NCBI GenBank assembly: GCA_034722055.1
Contig: JAYENL010000011.1
Location: 1 to 15,700, forward strand
Reading direction: 5' to 3'
Origin: Armatimonadota bacterium
GTDB lineage: Bacteria; Armatimonadota; Zipacnadia; Zipacnadales; UBA5352
Length of the DNA stretch: 15,700 bases
Both the position numbers and the translations under genes were made by a program. The notes below the pieces were generated by a model, which had not been told where the DNA came from, ran no database searches, and was given only the letters and a program-made list of their open reading frames with translations. Below, in pieces: positions 7,833 through 15,700 of the stretch; within the stretch, counting starts at the first letter, position 1, and the number at the start of each line of letters is the position of its first letter.

Positions 7833-7896
7833 CACAGCATGCGTGGGGCCGGCCTCCAGCCTCCACAACATGCGTGGGGCAGGCCTCCAGCCTGCC
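7833..7896 (+). repeat. 31-bp tandem duplication carrying a GTGG-type REP-like hairpin
   Basis: cacagcatgcgtggggccggcctccagcctc followed by cacaacatgcgtggggcaggcctccagcctgcc; the second copy forms GGCAGGC-ctcca-GCCTGCC (7878-7896). Confidence 0.8.
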
Positions 7897-7940
7897 GCCG
7901 TTTTCGTGGAGAACGGCCGCCACGCAACGGCGACAACGAC

Positions 7941-8498
7941 GGGCGGGGACGGAGACCCGCCCCTCCAAACCCTTCGACAATGGTGGGCGGCGGGCGCCCT
8001 CGCCCGCCTGCGGGTCGAAGGCCCGCTCGACCCTCGAACCACAACGCCCAGGCCAGGCGGCACTGCCTCAACGGCGGGCCGGACAGTGGTCCGGCCCCTC
8101 CATACGGCCAAAGGCACAGCGCGTGGCGGGTCGTCCGGAGGGACGGGTCTTCAGACCCGTCCGCCGTTTGCCGTGGCATCCTCCCCCTCCAACCCTTCGA
8201 CGATGGTGAGCGGTGGGCGCCCTCGCCCGCTCGACCCTCGAACCACAACGCCCAGGCCAGGCGGCACTGCCTCAACGGCGGGCCGGACAGTGGTCCGGCC
8301 CCTCCATACGGCCAAAGGCGCACAGCGCGTGGCGGGTCGTCCGGAGGGACGGGTCTTCAGACCCGTCCGCCGTTTGCCGTGGCATCCTCCCCCTCCAACC
8401 CTTCGACAATGGTGAGCGGCGGGCGCCCTCGCCCGCCTCTGGTCTTGGGTCTTGCCGTCCGGAGCGGCGGCGTGCCCACGCCGCCCGCCGTTTGCCGT
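7941..8498. repeat. BIME-like tandem array of REP-like hairpins (~205-bp unit, about 2.3 copies)
   Basis: 8021-8230 is repeated at 8225-8436 with a 2-nt insertion and 2 substitutions. The unit start CCCTCCAA(A)CCCTTCGAC occurs at 7961, 8185 and 8391. Each unit has inversely oriented GGAG-footed hairpins. Confidence 0.9.
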
Positions 8499-8514
8499 GC
8501 CCCGAGTCTTTGCG

Positions 8515-11500
8515 CTATCCCCCAGCCGCCTCCGCAAGCCCCTCAATGGCATTCATGACTTCTGGCTCCGACCGCCCAACGCGCACCACCAGCCTCCCGC
8601 CGGCGCCGGTAGCGTCGTAGCAGGACTGCGCCCACGCCAGTTCCCCCCGCGCGGCCCCCTCGCCGAGCGGGTGCAGCATCTGATCCACGGGGTTGAGGAT
8701 GGCCACCGGCCGCGGCGCGATCAGCGCCGGCAGGTCCGGCAGGTCGAACACCTCCAGCGCCCTCGGCACCCAGAAGTAGTCCCGCAGCGCGTTCCACTTG
8801 CTCTCGATCAGCAGCCGCCAGGAGGCCAGCGTCCCCATCGTCGCCACTCCCGCGACCCGCTCGTCGGCCAGCGCAGCGGCCATGGCCCACGTCCCGCCCA
8901 GCCCCTCCCCGACCAGCACGTAGCGGCCGGGCTGCTGCGCCTCGGCGTCGAGGTGGTCCATGACGCGGATCAGGTCCAGCGCCCGCGCGCCCATCATGGT
9001 TCGGCCCTCCCCGGCGTAGGCGATGGCGAAGCCGTCCCGCCGCCACTGGATGGGGTCGTACTCCACCACCCGCGAGGTCTGCCCCTCCTCGATGTCCAGC
9101 TCCCCCACGCCGCGCACGTCAACCGACACCACGCGATACCCTCGCAGCGCCAGCGCGAAGGGCAGGGCCTGCGCGTCGAGCTCCCGCGGCTTGCCGTCCT
9201 CGGCCGCGTGGATGACGGTCGGCCCGGAGGCGCCGAGGGCCAGCTCGATGATCAGCGCCGCCACCTCGATGCCGTCCTCGCTCTCGATGGCCACCTTTCG
9301 CACGGACAGCCCGGGATACTCGAAGGTGCCGGCCTCGCGCCACGCAGGCGCGGCGCGGTCGGCCTTCGGCGCCAGCCCCAGCTTCGCCAGCACCGCATCC
9401 CGGCGCCGGGCGAGGAGCTCAGCTCGGGTGCCGGCGTCTTCCGACGGCTCAGGCCGCTCCGGCGCCATCTCACGCATCAACCGCGTGTCCAGGTCCCATG
9501 GCATGACCCCGCCGGGGCCGGTCTCCACAAGCCCGGTCTCGCTGCACCACAGCTCCTCGGGCTCCAGAGCCTGGATCTCTCCCTCCTCCCGCCCGGCGTC
9601 CATGCCCAGCCAGCGGTTCAGCCACTCGTAGGCCGCCTCGCGCTTGGGGCGCTTCATATCATGCACGCCCGCGACCCACTCCAGCTTCTGGGCGTCGGAG
9701 GCACCGAACACGTCGTAAAGCGGCTGCAGCCAGTCGCGACGCGTCTCGTGGTGCTTCTCGCCCGAGTCCTCGCCCACGATCCAGATCAGCGGCCGGGGCG
9801 GGATGAGGCTGATGACCATGCGGTCGAAGTTGCTCTTACCCCCGAAATAGGTGTTCTCGCACGATCCGCCGGGGTGGGCGGCCGCGCAGGCCTTCACCGC
9901 CGGGTGGCATGCGATGGTCAGCAGCGCCATCTGTCCGCCGCCGGAGTTGCCGCTCACGCCGATGCGCTCCGGGTCGATGATCTCCGGCCGCGAGAGCATG
10001 TAGTCCACCACTCGCACCGTGTCCCGCGTCCGCAGGCCGCTGAGGCTGCGGCCCACCAGGAAGCCCCTGCGCAGCTCGTAGTGATGCTGGCCGACCGGGC
10101 CACCGCGCCTGCCCAACTCCTCCGGCGGCTCCCACCAGTAGGTCCGCTCGCCTTGCCCCAGCGGGTCCAGCGCCACCGCCACGTAGCCCTTCTCCGCCAG
10201 CCCCAGCCCCAGCTCGTGGTAGAGCTCGTAGCCTTTGCCGGGGCTGGCGTGCCCGATGGTGACGCAAATGCCCGGCGCGGGGAGCGGCTTCCCCTTGGGC
10301 ACGTAGACATTCAGCGGCACCAGCAGACCCGGCTCGCTCTCGATGAGCACCTTCTCGATAGTGCAGAAGTCCAGCTCGATCTCCCCCATCTTCTGCGGGT
10401 TGAGCGGCGTCTTGACATCGCCCACCCACCGGCCGAAGATCTTCGGCAGGCGCTCCCGGACCCGCCGCTGGTAGGCCCGGACCTGCTCGGCGGTCTCCAG
10501 CGCCTCGATCTCCTCGGTCACCGCCCGAAAGGCGTCCGAGGTCATCCCCTGCACCTGCCGCGTCAGCATACGGCTGGCCTCATCCCGCTCGGACGGGCTC
10601 TGATAGACGCGGAGGTTGTTCGGCGGTGGCAGCTCCTCCTCGCTGAGCGGCTCGCCCTCGAAGCGCCCCACCGGCGTGAAGGTCGCCGCCATGAAGCGCG
10701 CGTACTCGCCCTGGTCCGGCTCGCCCACGATGGTGATGCGCGAGTAGCGCTGGATGTCCACGCCCTCGAAGGTGTGCGAGCGCTCCACGTCTGCGCCGGG
10801 ATCCTCGTCAACCGTCTCGTCCGCGACGATGCTGCCGACCTCCTCGCCGTTGATCAGCAGACGGAAGGTGGACGCCCCGTCGGGCTCGTCGAGGTAGCGG
10901 AGCGTGACATCCCACCGCGCGGTGGCCTCGTGGAAGACCGTGGTCGCGCTGGCCCGCTCGACGCCCTCCGGCGCCTGCAGCACCTGCCACTTGCGCGCCC
11001 GCGTAGTCAGCTCGTAGCCGTCGCGCTCGTCGAAGTGCCTCGCCTGGTAGGTGGTCTCATCCATGTCCGGCGGCAGGGGCGGCCCCGGAACGCCCATTAG
11101 CCGCACGTCGTCGAACCACGCCCTGCCCGCTCCCTTCAGGCCCACGTAGGGCATCACGTAGCACGGCTCGTCCGGCGCGGTGATGGTCACTGACACCTCG
11201 GTCCAGTCCTGCGTCCCCGAGACGCCGGGGCTGGCCGGCTGCAGCAGGATCTCGCCGCCGATGCCCATGGCGTAAACCTGCACGTACGCCCGCCCCTCCA
11301 GCCCCTCAGTGCGCACCCACGCCGACAGCGTGCACTCGCTGCCCGGGCGCAGGCCGATGCTCCGGTCCTGGCCGGCTCGCCAGCGGTCGCCGTAGCGGGC
11401 GCCGCCCTCGCTGTCAACGAGCAGACTGCGCCGCCCGCTGTGGGCCACGCCCTCCGCCCACTCGTAGCGCGCTACCGAGCGCGCGTCCGGCCGCGGCTCC

Positions 11501-11661
11501 CAGCCGGCCGGGCCGGAGGCATCGCCCTCCTCGAAGGACGGGTTCGGCGCCAGGTTCCGCGTTTTCGGCGCCTCCTGGCCCTGCGTGCACGCCGGGTGTG
11601 GCCCCAGGACCGTCACGATGGTGACGGCCAGCACCGTCAGGACTGCGTGTCTCGGCTTCAT
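8515..11661 (-). CDS. Secreted multidomain esterase: signal peptide, CBM4/9-like domain, second beta-sandwich, tandem alpha/beta-hydrolase (acetylxylan-esterase-like) domains
   Basis: Start reassigned to ATG 11661 (SD GAGGG; MKPRHAVLTVLAVTIVTVLG signal peptide), 1048 aa. NLAPNPSFEEG...AWFDDVRL CBM-like motif; LDPLGQGER; nucleophile elbow GNSGGG; His in AGVHDM; second module with VDVRGVGEL and GEGLGG. Confidence 0.85.
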   Translation of the reverse strand: MKPRHAVLTVLAVTIVTVLGPHPACTQGQEAPKTRNLAPNPSFEEGDASGPAGWEPRPDARSVARYEWAEGVAHSGRRSLLVDSEGGARYGDRWRAGQDRSIGLRPGSECTLSAWVRTEGLEGRAYVQVYAMGIGGEILLQPASPGVSGTQDWTEVSVTITAPDEPCYVMPYVGLKGAGRAWFDDVRLMGVPGPPLPPDMDETTYQARHFDERDGYELTTRARKWQVLQAPEGVERASATTVFHEATARWDVTLRYLDEPDGASTFRLLINGEEVGSIVADETVDEDPGADVERSHTFEGVDIQRYSRITIVGEPDQGEYARFMAATFTPVGRFEGEPLSEEELPPPNNLRVYQSPSERDEASRMLTRQVQGMTSDAFRAVTEEIEALETAEQVRAYQRRVRERLPKIFGRWVGDVKTPLNPQKMGEIELDFCTIEKVLIESEPGLLVPLNVYVPKGKPLPAPGICVTIGHASPGKGYELYHELGLGLAEKGYVAVALDPLGQGERTYWWEPPEELGRRGGPVGQHHYELRRGFLVGRSLSGLRTRDTVRVVDYMLSRPEIIDPERIGVSGNSGGGQMALLTIACHPAVKACAAAHPGGSCENTYFGGKSNFDRMVISLIPPRPLIWIVGEDSGEKHHETRRDWLQPLYDVFGASDAQKLEWVAGVHDMKRPKREAAYEWLNRWLGMDAGREEGEIQALEPEELWCSETGLVETGPGGVMPWDLDTRLMREMAPERPEPSEDAGTRAELLARRRDAVLAKLGLAPKADRAAPAWREAGTFEYPGLSVRKVAIESEDGIEVAALIIELALGASGPTVIHAAEDGKPRELDAQALPFALALRGYRVVSVDVRGVGELDIEEGQTSRVVEYDPIQWRRDGFAIAYAGEGRTMMGARALDLIRVMDHLDAEAQQPGRYVLVGEGLGGTWAMAAALADERVAGVATMGTLASWRLLIESKWNALRDYFWVPRALEVFDLPDLPALIAPRPVAILNPVDQMLHPLGEGAARGELAWAQSCYDATGAGGRLVVRVGRSEPEVMNAIEGLAEAAGG

Positions 11662-11733
11662 GCTGTCCCTCTGCGCACCGTGCTCTGGACCCATCGCAGG
11701 CTTCGCCGGTTGCCCGCGCGTGACCTGCGAGGC

Positions 11734-11797
11734 GCCCCGGATGCGAAGCGCCCGCCCCTCACCGGGGCGGGCGCAGTAACGTCGCATGCGCCGGGGC
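11734..11797 (-). terminator. Long GC-rich stem-loop directly after the beta-barrel gene (terminator or mRNA-stabilising hairpin)
   Basis: Perfect 11-bp core GCGCCCGCCCC-tcacc-GGGGCGGGCGC (11748-11774), extended by ATGCGA/TCGCAT and GCCCCGG/CCGGGGC. No clear U-tract. Confidence 0.5.
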
Positions 11798-11798
11798 C

Positions 11799-12650
11799 TC
11801 AGAACTCGCCGCTGGCGCGGATCCCGATGCCGAGCGACTGGTCGGGGGTGGCGATGATGGACGTGGCGTCCGTCGGACCGGCCACGTTCGTGACAAACAG
11901 GTCCACCCGCCAGCTCTCCTCGCTCTCGCCGTGCCAGGTGCCGCCGACCGACCACGCCACCTCGTCGGTGGGCGCGCCGGTCACCTCATCGATGGAGTTA
12001 TCGCCGTCCAGCACAATCTGCAGGTCGCCGTGGACGAAGTACTGCCCGAAGCTGTGAATGGCCCCGCCGCCGATGGCGATGATGTCTCCGAAGCCCGCGA
12101 TCGTCTCGTCGCCCACCTCCGGAGAGTCCTCGAAGCCCACGTAGCGCGGCACCACCACGAAGCGCGTTCCGCCCTCGGTCTGCCACTCGATGGGGATGGA
12201 CAGCACCGGGATGATGTCATCCGACGTCGCCGTGGCGGGGATGTCGGTGTTGGTCCCCTTGATGTCGTCCAGCGGAATCTCCACGCCGGGCACGACCGAG
12301 ACCGTGTAGCGCTCTCCCCGGTGCGCCAGCCAGCGCATGTTCAGGCCCAGAAGCGTGGCCTCCGAGTCCCGGACTGCGCCGGCCACCGCCTCCTGGCCGC
12401 TGGTGTCCATCGTGAACAGAGTAAGCGCCGCGTCCATGTCCTCGCCAACCCGGCCCCGCACTCCGGCGGCGAAGGTCTGGTTGCCGCCCTCGAAGAGGCG
12501 GATCTCGCCGGCGCCCAGCACCCCCTCGGCCTGCCATGGCTCGGCGAGGGGCACATTCGCGGTCCCCTGCACCTGCCCGAACGCCGCGCAGCAGATCAGC
12601 ACGAGTCCAAGCGATAGCGCCACTGTCGCAGTGCCAGCGAATCGATCCAC
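11799..12650 (-). CDS. Hypothetical exported protein, probable outer-membrane beta-barrel
   Basis: SD GGGAGGG + GTG; signal peptide (ALSLGLVLICCAAFG|Q); many amphipathic beta-strand-like segments; C-terminal strand GIGIRASGEF ending in Phe. Confidence 0.7.
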   Translation of the reverse strand: MDRFAGTATVALSLGLVLICCAAFGQVQGTANVPLAEPWQAEGVLGAGEIRLFEGGNQTFAAGVRGRVGEDMDAALTLFTMDTSGQEAVAGAVRDSEATLLGLNMRWLAHRGERYTVSVVPGVEIPLDDIKGTNTDIPATATSDDIIPVLSIPIEWQTEGGTRFVVVPRYVGFEDSPEVGDETIAGFGDIIAIGGGAIHSFGQYFVHGDLQIVLDGDNSIDEVTGAPTDEVAWSVGGTWHGESEESWRVDLFVTNVAGPTDATSIIATPDQSLGIGIRASGEF

Positions 12651-12858
12651 AGCGATCCCTCCCGCGTCTCGTGGTCGGACAGCGCGACCGACCGCAGCCG
12701 CGGCCTGGTCGGTCTCCCGGACTGCTTAGCCGAGCGTCCCGAATTCTCCTGCTTATGCGACGAGAAGCACCGCCGCGTCTCTGGTCGGTGGACACGCACG
12801 GCTCGCGCTGCCTACCGAACACGCCACGCTCTCTTCACCCGGTCCCGGCCGCCGCGCC

Positions 12859-15537
12859 TCACTGCCGCACCCGCTCGTACTCCGCCCGCACCTCCCCGGC
12901 GCTCAGCCCCCGGTCCCACAGCTTCACCTCGTCGATGCAGCCATTCATCCAGTGGTTCGCGCCATGGTAGCTGCCGATCTTCATGTCGTACGCACCGGTG
13001 TGGAAGACCTCATCACGGGTCTGCTCCCCCACCATCTCGCCGTCGCGATAGTGCGTGACCGTGGAGCGCTCCCCGTCGCACTCGAACACGGCGGCCACGT
13101 GATACCACCGACCCAGCTCCCACTCAAGCGGATCGCTCGCGAAGCCCGCACCGTACTGATGCTCCTCGCTGCCCATCTCCAGGATCAGAGTGTGCTCCGG
13201 CGGGTAGCCGATCCACCACCAGAAGTGCTGCACCGGCGCCTCGGGGCCCTTGTTGACGATGCTGTTGCCATTGCCCTGCTCCGGCAGGCCGGCCAGCTTC
13301 ACCCACGCCGAGAGTGTAAACCGGCGCAGGTTGTGGTAGGAGTACTCGGCCGCGATGTCCACGCGCCCCGCGGTGCCGTCAAAGCACAGGCAGCTCCCCA
13401 AGATGCCCTCGCCCCACTCCGCGTCCCGCATGCGACCATTGTAGGGCGGTGGCTGCGAGACGTCCGCGACGGCCCGGCCCTCTCCCTCATCCATCGGCCA
13501 GTGGCCGATCAGCCCCGGCTTCTTCGTCTCCGGCGCCAGCAGGGCGGCGGGCTCGGGGCTGAGCATCGTCGGCAGCGTCTCGAAGCGCAGCCCCACGTCG
13601 TGAAGCGTCAGGCCCTCCTCCGCCCGCACCTCCACCGACCACACGCCCGGCCCGGTGACCTCCACCTCCAGGCGCTCCGGTCGATCCATCTCTCCGCGCT
13701 CGTTGGCGCAGGCGTGGCCGGCCGGGTCGCGCACGATGACCGCCCCGCCGTTGCCCTCTCCTCGCGCCTGCACGATCACCTCAAACCGCTCGCACCGCTC
13801 CGGCACCACGAAGTAGAGCGTGGCCGGCTCGGCCACGCGCACCGGCAGGCTCGGCTCGCTCTGCCGCCGCAGGACGTCCGGCTCCGCCTCGATGACTCCG
13901 CGTTTGATCTGCCCCTTCCAGGGCACGACCTCCCATTCGGCCAGCGGGCTCTGGTATTCCGGCTCTTCCGTCTTGCGCTCGATCTCGCGATTGGCCCACA
14001 CGCAACCATCCCAGTACTGCTCGAAGTAGGCCGGCTGGTCGAGGTAGGCATAGCGCGCACCGTAATCCCGGTAGAGCTGATCGCCCGGCCAGTACCACCA
14101 GCCCTCGTCGTTGATCGCCAGGTTGTAGGCGTGGGCGGGCATGAAGCGCGCCTCGGTGGCCGGGAAGTGCAGGTCCCACAGGGCGCTGCCCTGCAGCACA
14201 TTGGCGCCCCACTGTCGGTAGCGCTCGTGGACCTTCGCCAGCCACTCTGGGTCATAGCCCACGCTGTAGTAGGTGTGCTCGCAGAAGTTCACCACCGGCA
14301 GGTCCAGCCGGCTGAAGCCCCGCGCGATGCCCTCGCAGAACCAGTTGCCGATGTCGATCACGAACATGTTCAGCAGCAGGTCCGGGTTGATGGCGTGCAC
14401 CTCATCCCGGCACCACTGCGCGATCTCCGTCATCTCCTCGGCCAGATAGTCATAGTACTGGCCCATCAGCTCCTGCTGCTGCAGCCACTCGTGGCGCTCC
14501 TTGCCGGTCTCCAGATCCTCAAGCACGTCCGTCTCCAGGTCCTCGGCCTCCAGGAAGCCGCCCATGCAGTGATCGCAGAAGCAGGTGCCGCTGAGCATGT
14601 AGTGGCCGTACTGCCAGCAGCGGTACATCTCCGGGTCCAGGCCGATGCCCACCACGTAGGGGTTCTCCAGCGACAGGCGCGCGATGGCCTTCGCCCGCCG
14701 CAGGAAGAGCCGCTCCCAGAACACGCGCTGCACCGGGCAGGGCGCCAGCGGCAGGTCGGGATCGGGCTCGATGTAGAGCCCTTTTGGCGCATCGCCCCAG
14801 GCCTCCACCTCACGATCCGAGCCGCCAATGTTGAAGGTCGGCATCACGCGGAACTGCTGCTGCTCGGCGTAGTCGGTCCACCCGCGCACCAGATCCGTCC
14901 ATGCCTCCAGGCCCTCGTCGGTCATGAACTCCTGCTCCAGGCGCTCGAAGTCTACCAGCGCCACGTTGAAGCCGCCCAGCTTCAGGTCGCGCAGGAAGTG
15001 GTAGTGCAGGGGCGTCCGGTTGTAGGCCCGCCGAGGCTTGCCGTCGATGGACCAGTGGCGGCTCAGCACCGTCACCTCCGCGACGCTGTTGCTGGCCGGC
15101 CCCCGGTTGAGCACCACCACGTGCGGCTCGTCGCCCTCGGCCGGAACCTCGATCAGCGCCTCCTCTCCCGACTGCACCTCTCCTTGCTGGAGCTGATTCC
15201 CGGCGGGATCGAAGACCGCCCAGATGCTGCCCTCGAAGTGCGCGTCCGTCGGCACATCCCGCAGCCTCAGCCTGATCCGACCCTCGTCCGGCAGCACCAC
15301 CAGATGGTGCCAGCCCGCCAGGGTCACCGCCTGCGGCGCGCCACGGCGCCCGCTCGCCTCCGCCGATTGCAGCGGGATTCGCGGCATGGGCTCGATGCTC
15401 GGGTCGTGGTACAGCGTCCCGCGCAGCCGCTCGGTCCTCAGCCACTCCACGCTCTCCCTCAGGTCGTCCATGTCTGCGCACCATCCCGAACTCATGATCA
15501 CTGCGACCACCGCCGGAGCAACCATCATGCGAAGCAT
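12859..15537 (-). CDS. Secreted protein with a putative glycoside-hydrolase-like (beta/alpha)8 domain and a C-terminal LamG/concanavalin-A-like domain
   Basis: SD GGGAGGG; signal peptide; LKLGGFNVALV, APCP..RVFW, GIGLDPEMY and CFCDHC motifs. C-terminal GLIGHWPMDEGEG...FTLSAWVK...WYHVAAVF...GCIDEVKLWDRGLSAGEV is a LamG-like signature. Confidence 0.82.
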   Translation of the reverse strand: MLRMMVAPAVVAVIMSSGWCADMDDLRESVEWLRTERLRGTLYHDPSIEPMPRIPLQSAEASGRRGAPQAVTLAGWHHLVVLPDEGRIRLRLRDVPTDAHFEGSIWAVFDPAGNQLQQGEVQSGEEALIEVPAEGDEPHVVVLNRGPASNSVAEVTVLSRHWSIDGKPRRAYNRTPLHYHFLRDLKLGGFNVALVDFERLEQEFMTDEGLEAWTDLVRGWTDYAEQQQFRVMPTFNIGGSDREVEAWGDAPKGLYIEPDPDLPLAPCPVQRVFWERLFLRRAKAIARLSLENPYVVGIGLDPEMYRCWQYGHYMLSGTCFCDHCMGGFLEAEDLETDVLEDLETGKERHEWLQQQELMGQYYDYLAEEMTEIAQWCRDEVHAINPDLLLNMFVIDIGNWFCEGIARGFSRLDLPVVNFCEHTYYSVGYDPEWLAKVHERYRQWGANVLQGSALWDLHFPATEARFMPAHAYNLAINDEGWWYWPGDQLYRDYGARYAYLDQPAYFEQYWDGCVWANREIERKTEEPEYQSPLAEWEVVPWKGQIKRGVIEAEPDVLRRQSEPSLPVRVAEPATLYFVVPERCERFEVIVQARGEGNGGAVIVRDPAGHACANERGEMDRPERLEVEVTGPGVWSVEVRAEEGLTLHDVGLRFETLPTMLSPEPAALLAPETKKPGLIGHWPMDEGEGRAVADVSQPPPYNGRMRDAEWGEGILGSCLCFDGTAGRVDIAAEYSYHNLRRFTLSAWVKLAGLPEQGNGNSIVNKGPEAPVQHFWWWIGYPPEHTLILEMGSEEHQYGAGFASDPLEWELGRWYHVAAVFECDGERSTVTHYRDGEMVGEQTRDEVFHTGAYDMKIGSYHGANHWMNGCIDEVKLWDRGLSAGEVRAEYERVRQ

Positions 15538-15649
15538 CGCCGTCCCTCCCTGTCATCGTCTCCGGCACACAGAGCTGTGCGACCCCTCGTGTGCCCGGCA
15601 CCACTAGCTTCCGCCCTCGCTTAGGGCTTGCAGCTTCTGACTGAGTCCC

Positions 15650-15700
15650 TCACTGGCCCGTGATGATCTCCGCCAAGCGGCCACGGGCGCGCTCGTAGTC
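15650..15700 (-). CDS. C-terminal fragment of an upstream gene (truncated by the window edge)
   Basis: Minus strand reads DYERARGRLAEIITGQ* with the stop at 15650-15652; GC3-rich codons; co-oriented with the downstream genes. Confidence 0.6.
   Translation of the reverse strand, partial: DYERARGRLAEIITGQ

Noticed and set aside
7833..8498. Possible CRISPR array
   Set aside because: The sequences between hairpins are duplicated rather than unique spacers, the period (~205 bp) is too long, and no cas genes are present.
7704..8620. Overlapping ORFs of 130-260 aa on both strands across the repeat region
   Set aside because: Low-complexity Arg/Pro/Gly translations, no codon bias or SD, and unit lengths (224 and 206 nt) that do not preserve frame; explained by GC-rich palindromic repeats.
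11662..11955. 98-aa N-terminal extension of the 1146-aa ORF
   Set aside because: It overlaps the barrel gene and intergenic hairpins; the SD and signal peptide point to ATG 11661.
8452..15624. Long antisense ORFs (8452-11100, 11931-12617, 12952-15624; likewise 296-2023, 5422-6642, 6901-7779)
   Set aside because: Shadow ORFs opposite well-supported genes, expected from high GC3 codon usage; no recognisable motifs.
15563..15627. Imperfect hairpins upstream of the LamG-domain gene (CCGGCACACAGAG...CTCGTGTGCCCGG; GCCCT-CGCTT-AGGGC)
   Set aside because: Imperfect, single-copy and without a U-tract or known motif; not distinguishable from chance pairing in GC-rich DNA.

Overview
GC-rich bacterial chromosomal window, probably from Armatimonadota or a similar lineage (inferred from the '[34 protein letters not shown]' prepilin/H-X9-DG protein and the large secreted lectin-domain proteins). 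It opens with the 3' end of a group IIC intron (maturase C-terminus, domains V and VI, ending at nt 125). Next come a consensus sigma70 promoter, a fused ABC exporter and a prepilin-type DUF1559-like gene on the + strand. The rest is mostly minus-strand: a DegT-family aminotransferase, an acyl-CoA ligase, a sugar-phosphate isomerase-like TIM barrel, a secreted CBM + tandem alpha/beta-hydrolase protein, a putative outer-membrane beta-barrel, a secreted GH-like barrel + LamG protein, and a truncated upstream gene. A 68-aa membrane protein lies on the + strand at 4865-5071. The most striking non-coding signal is a REP-like family with conserved flanks (GCCGTnyGGAG-hairpin-GCCGTT) but interchangeable, co-varying stems. 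It forms a BIME-like ~205-bp tandem array at 7833-8498 and has relatives in other intergenic gaps. All family calls come from motif recognition by eye; no searches were run.
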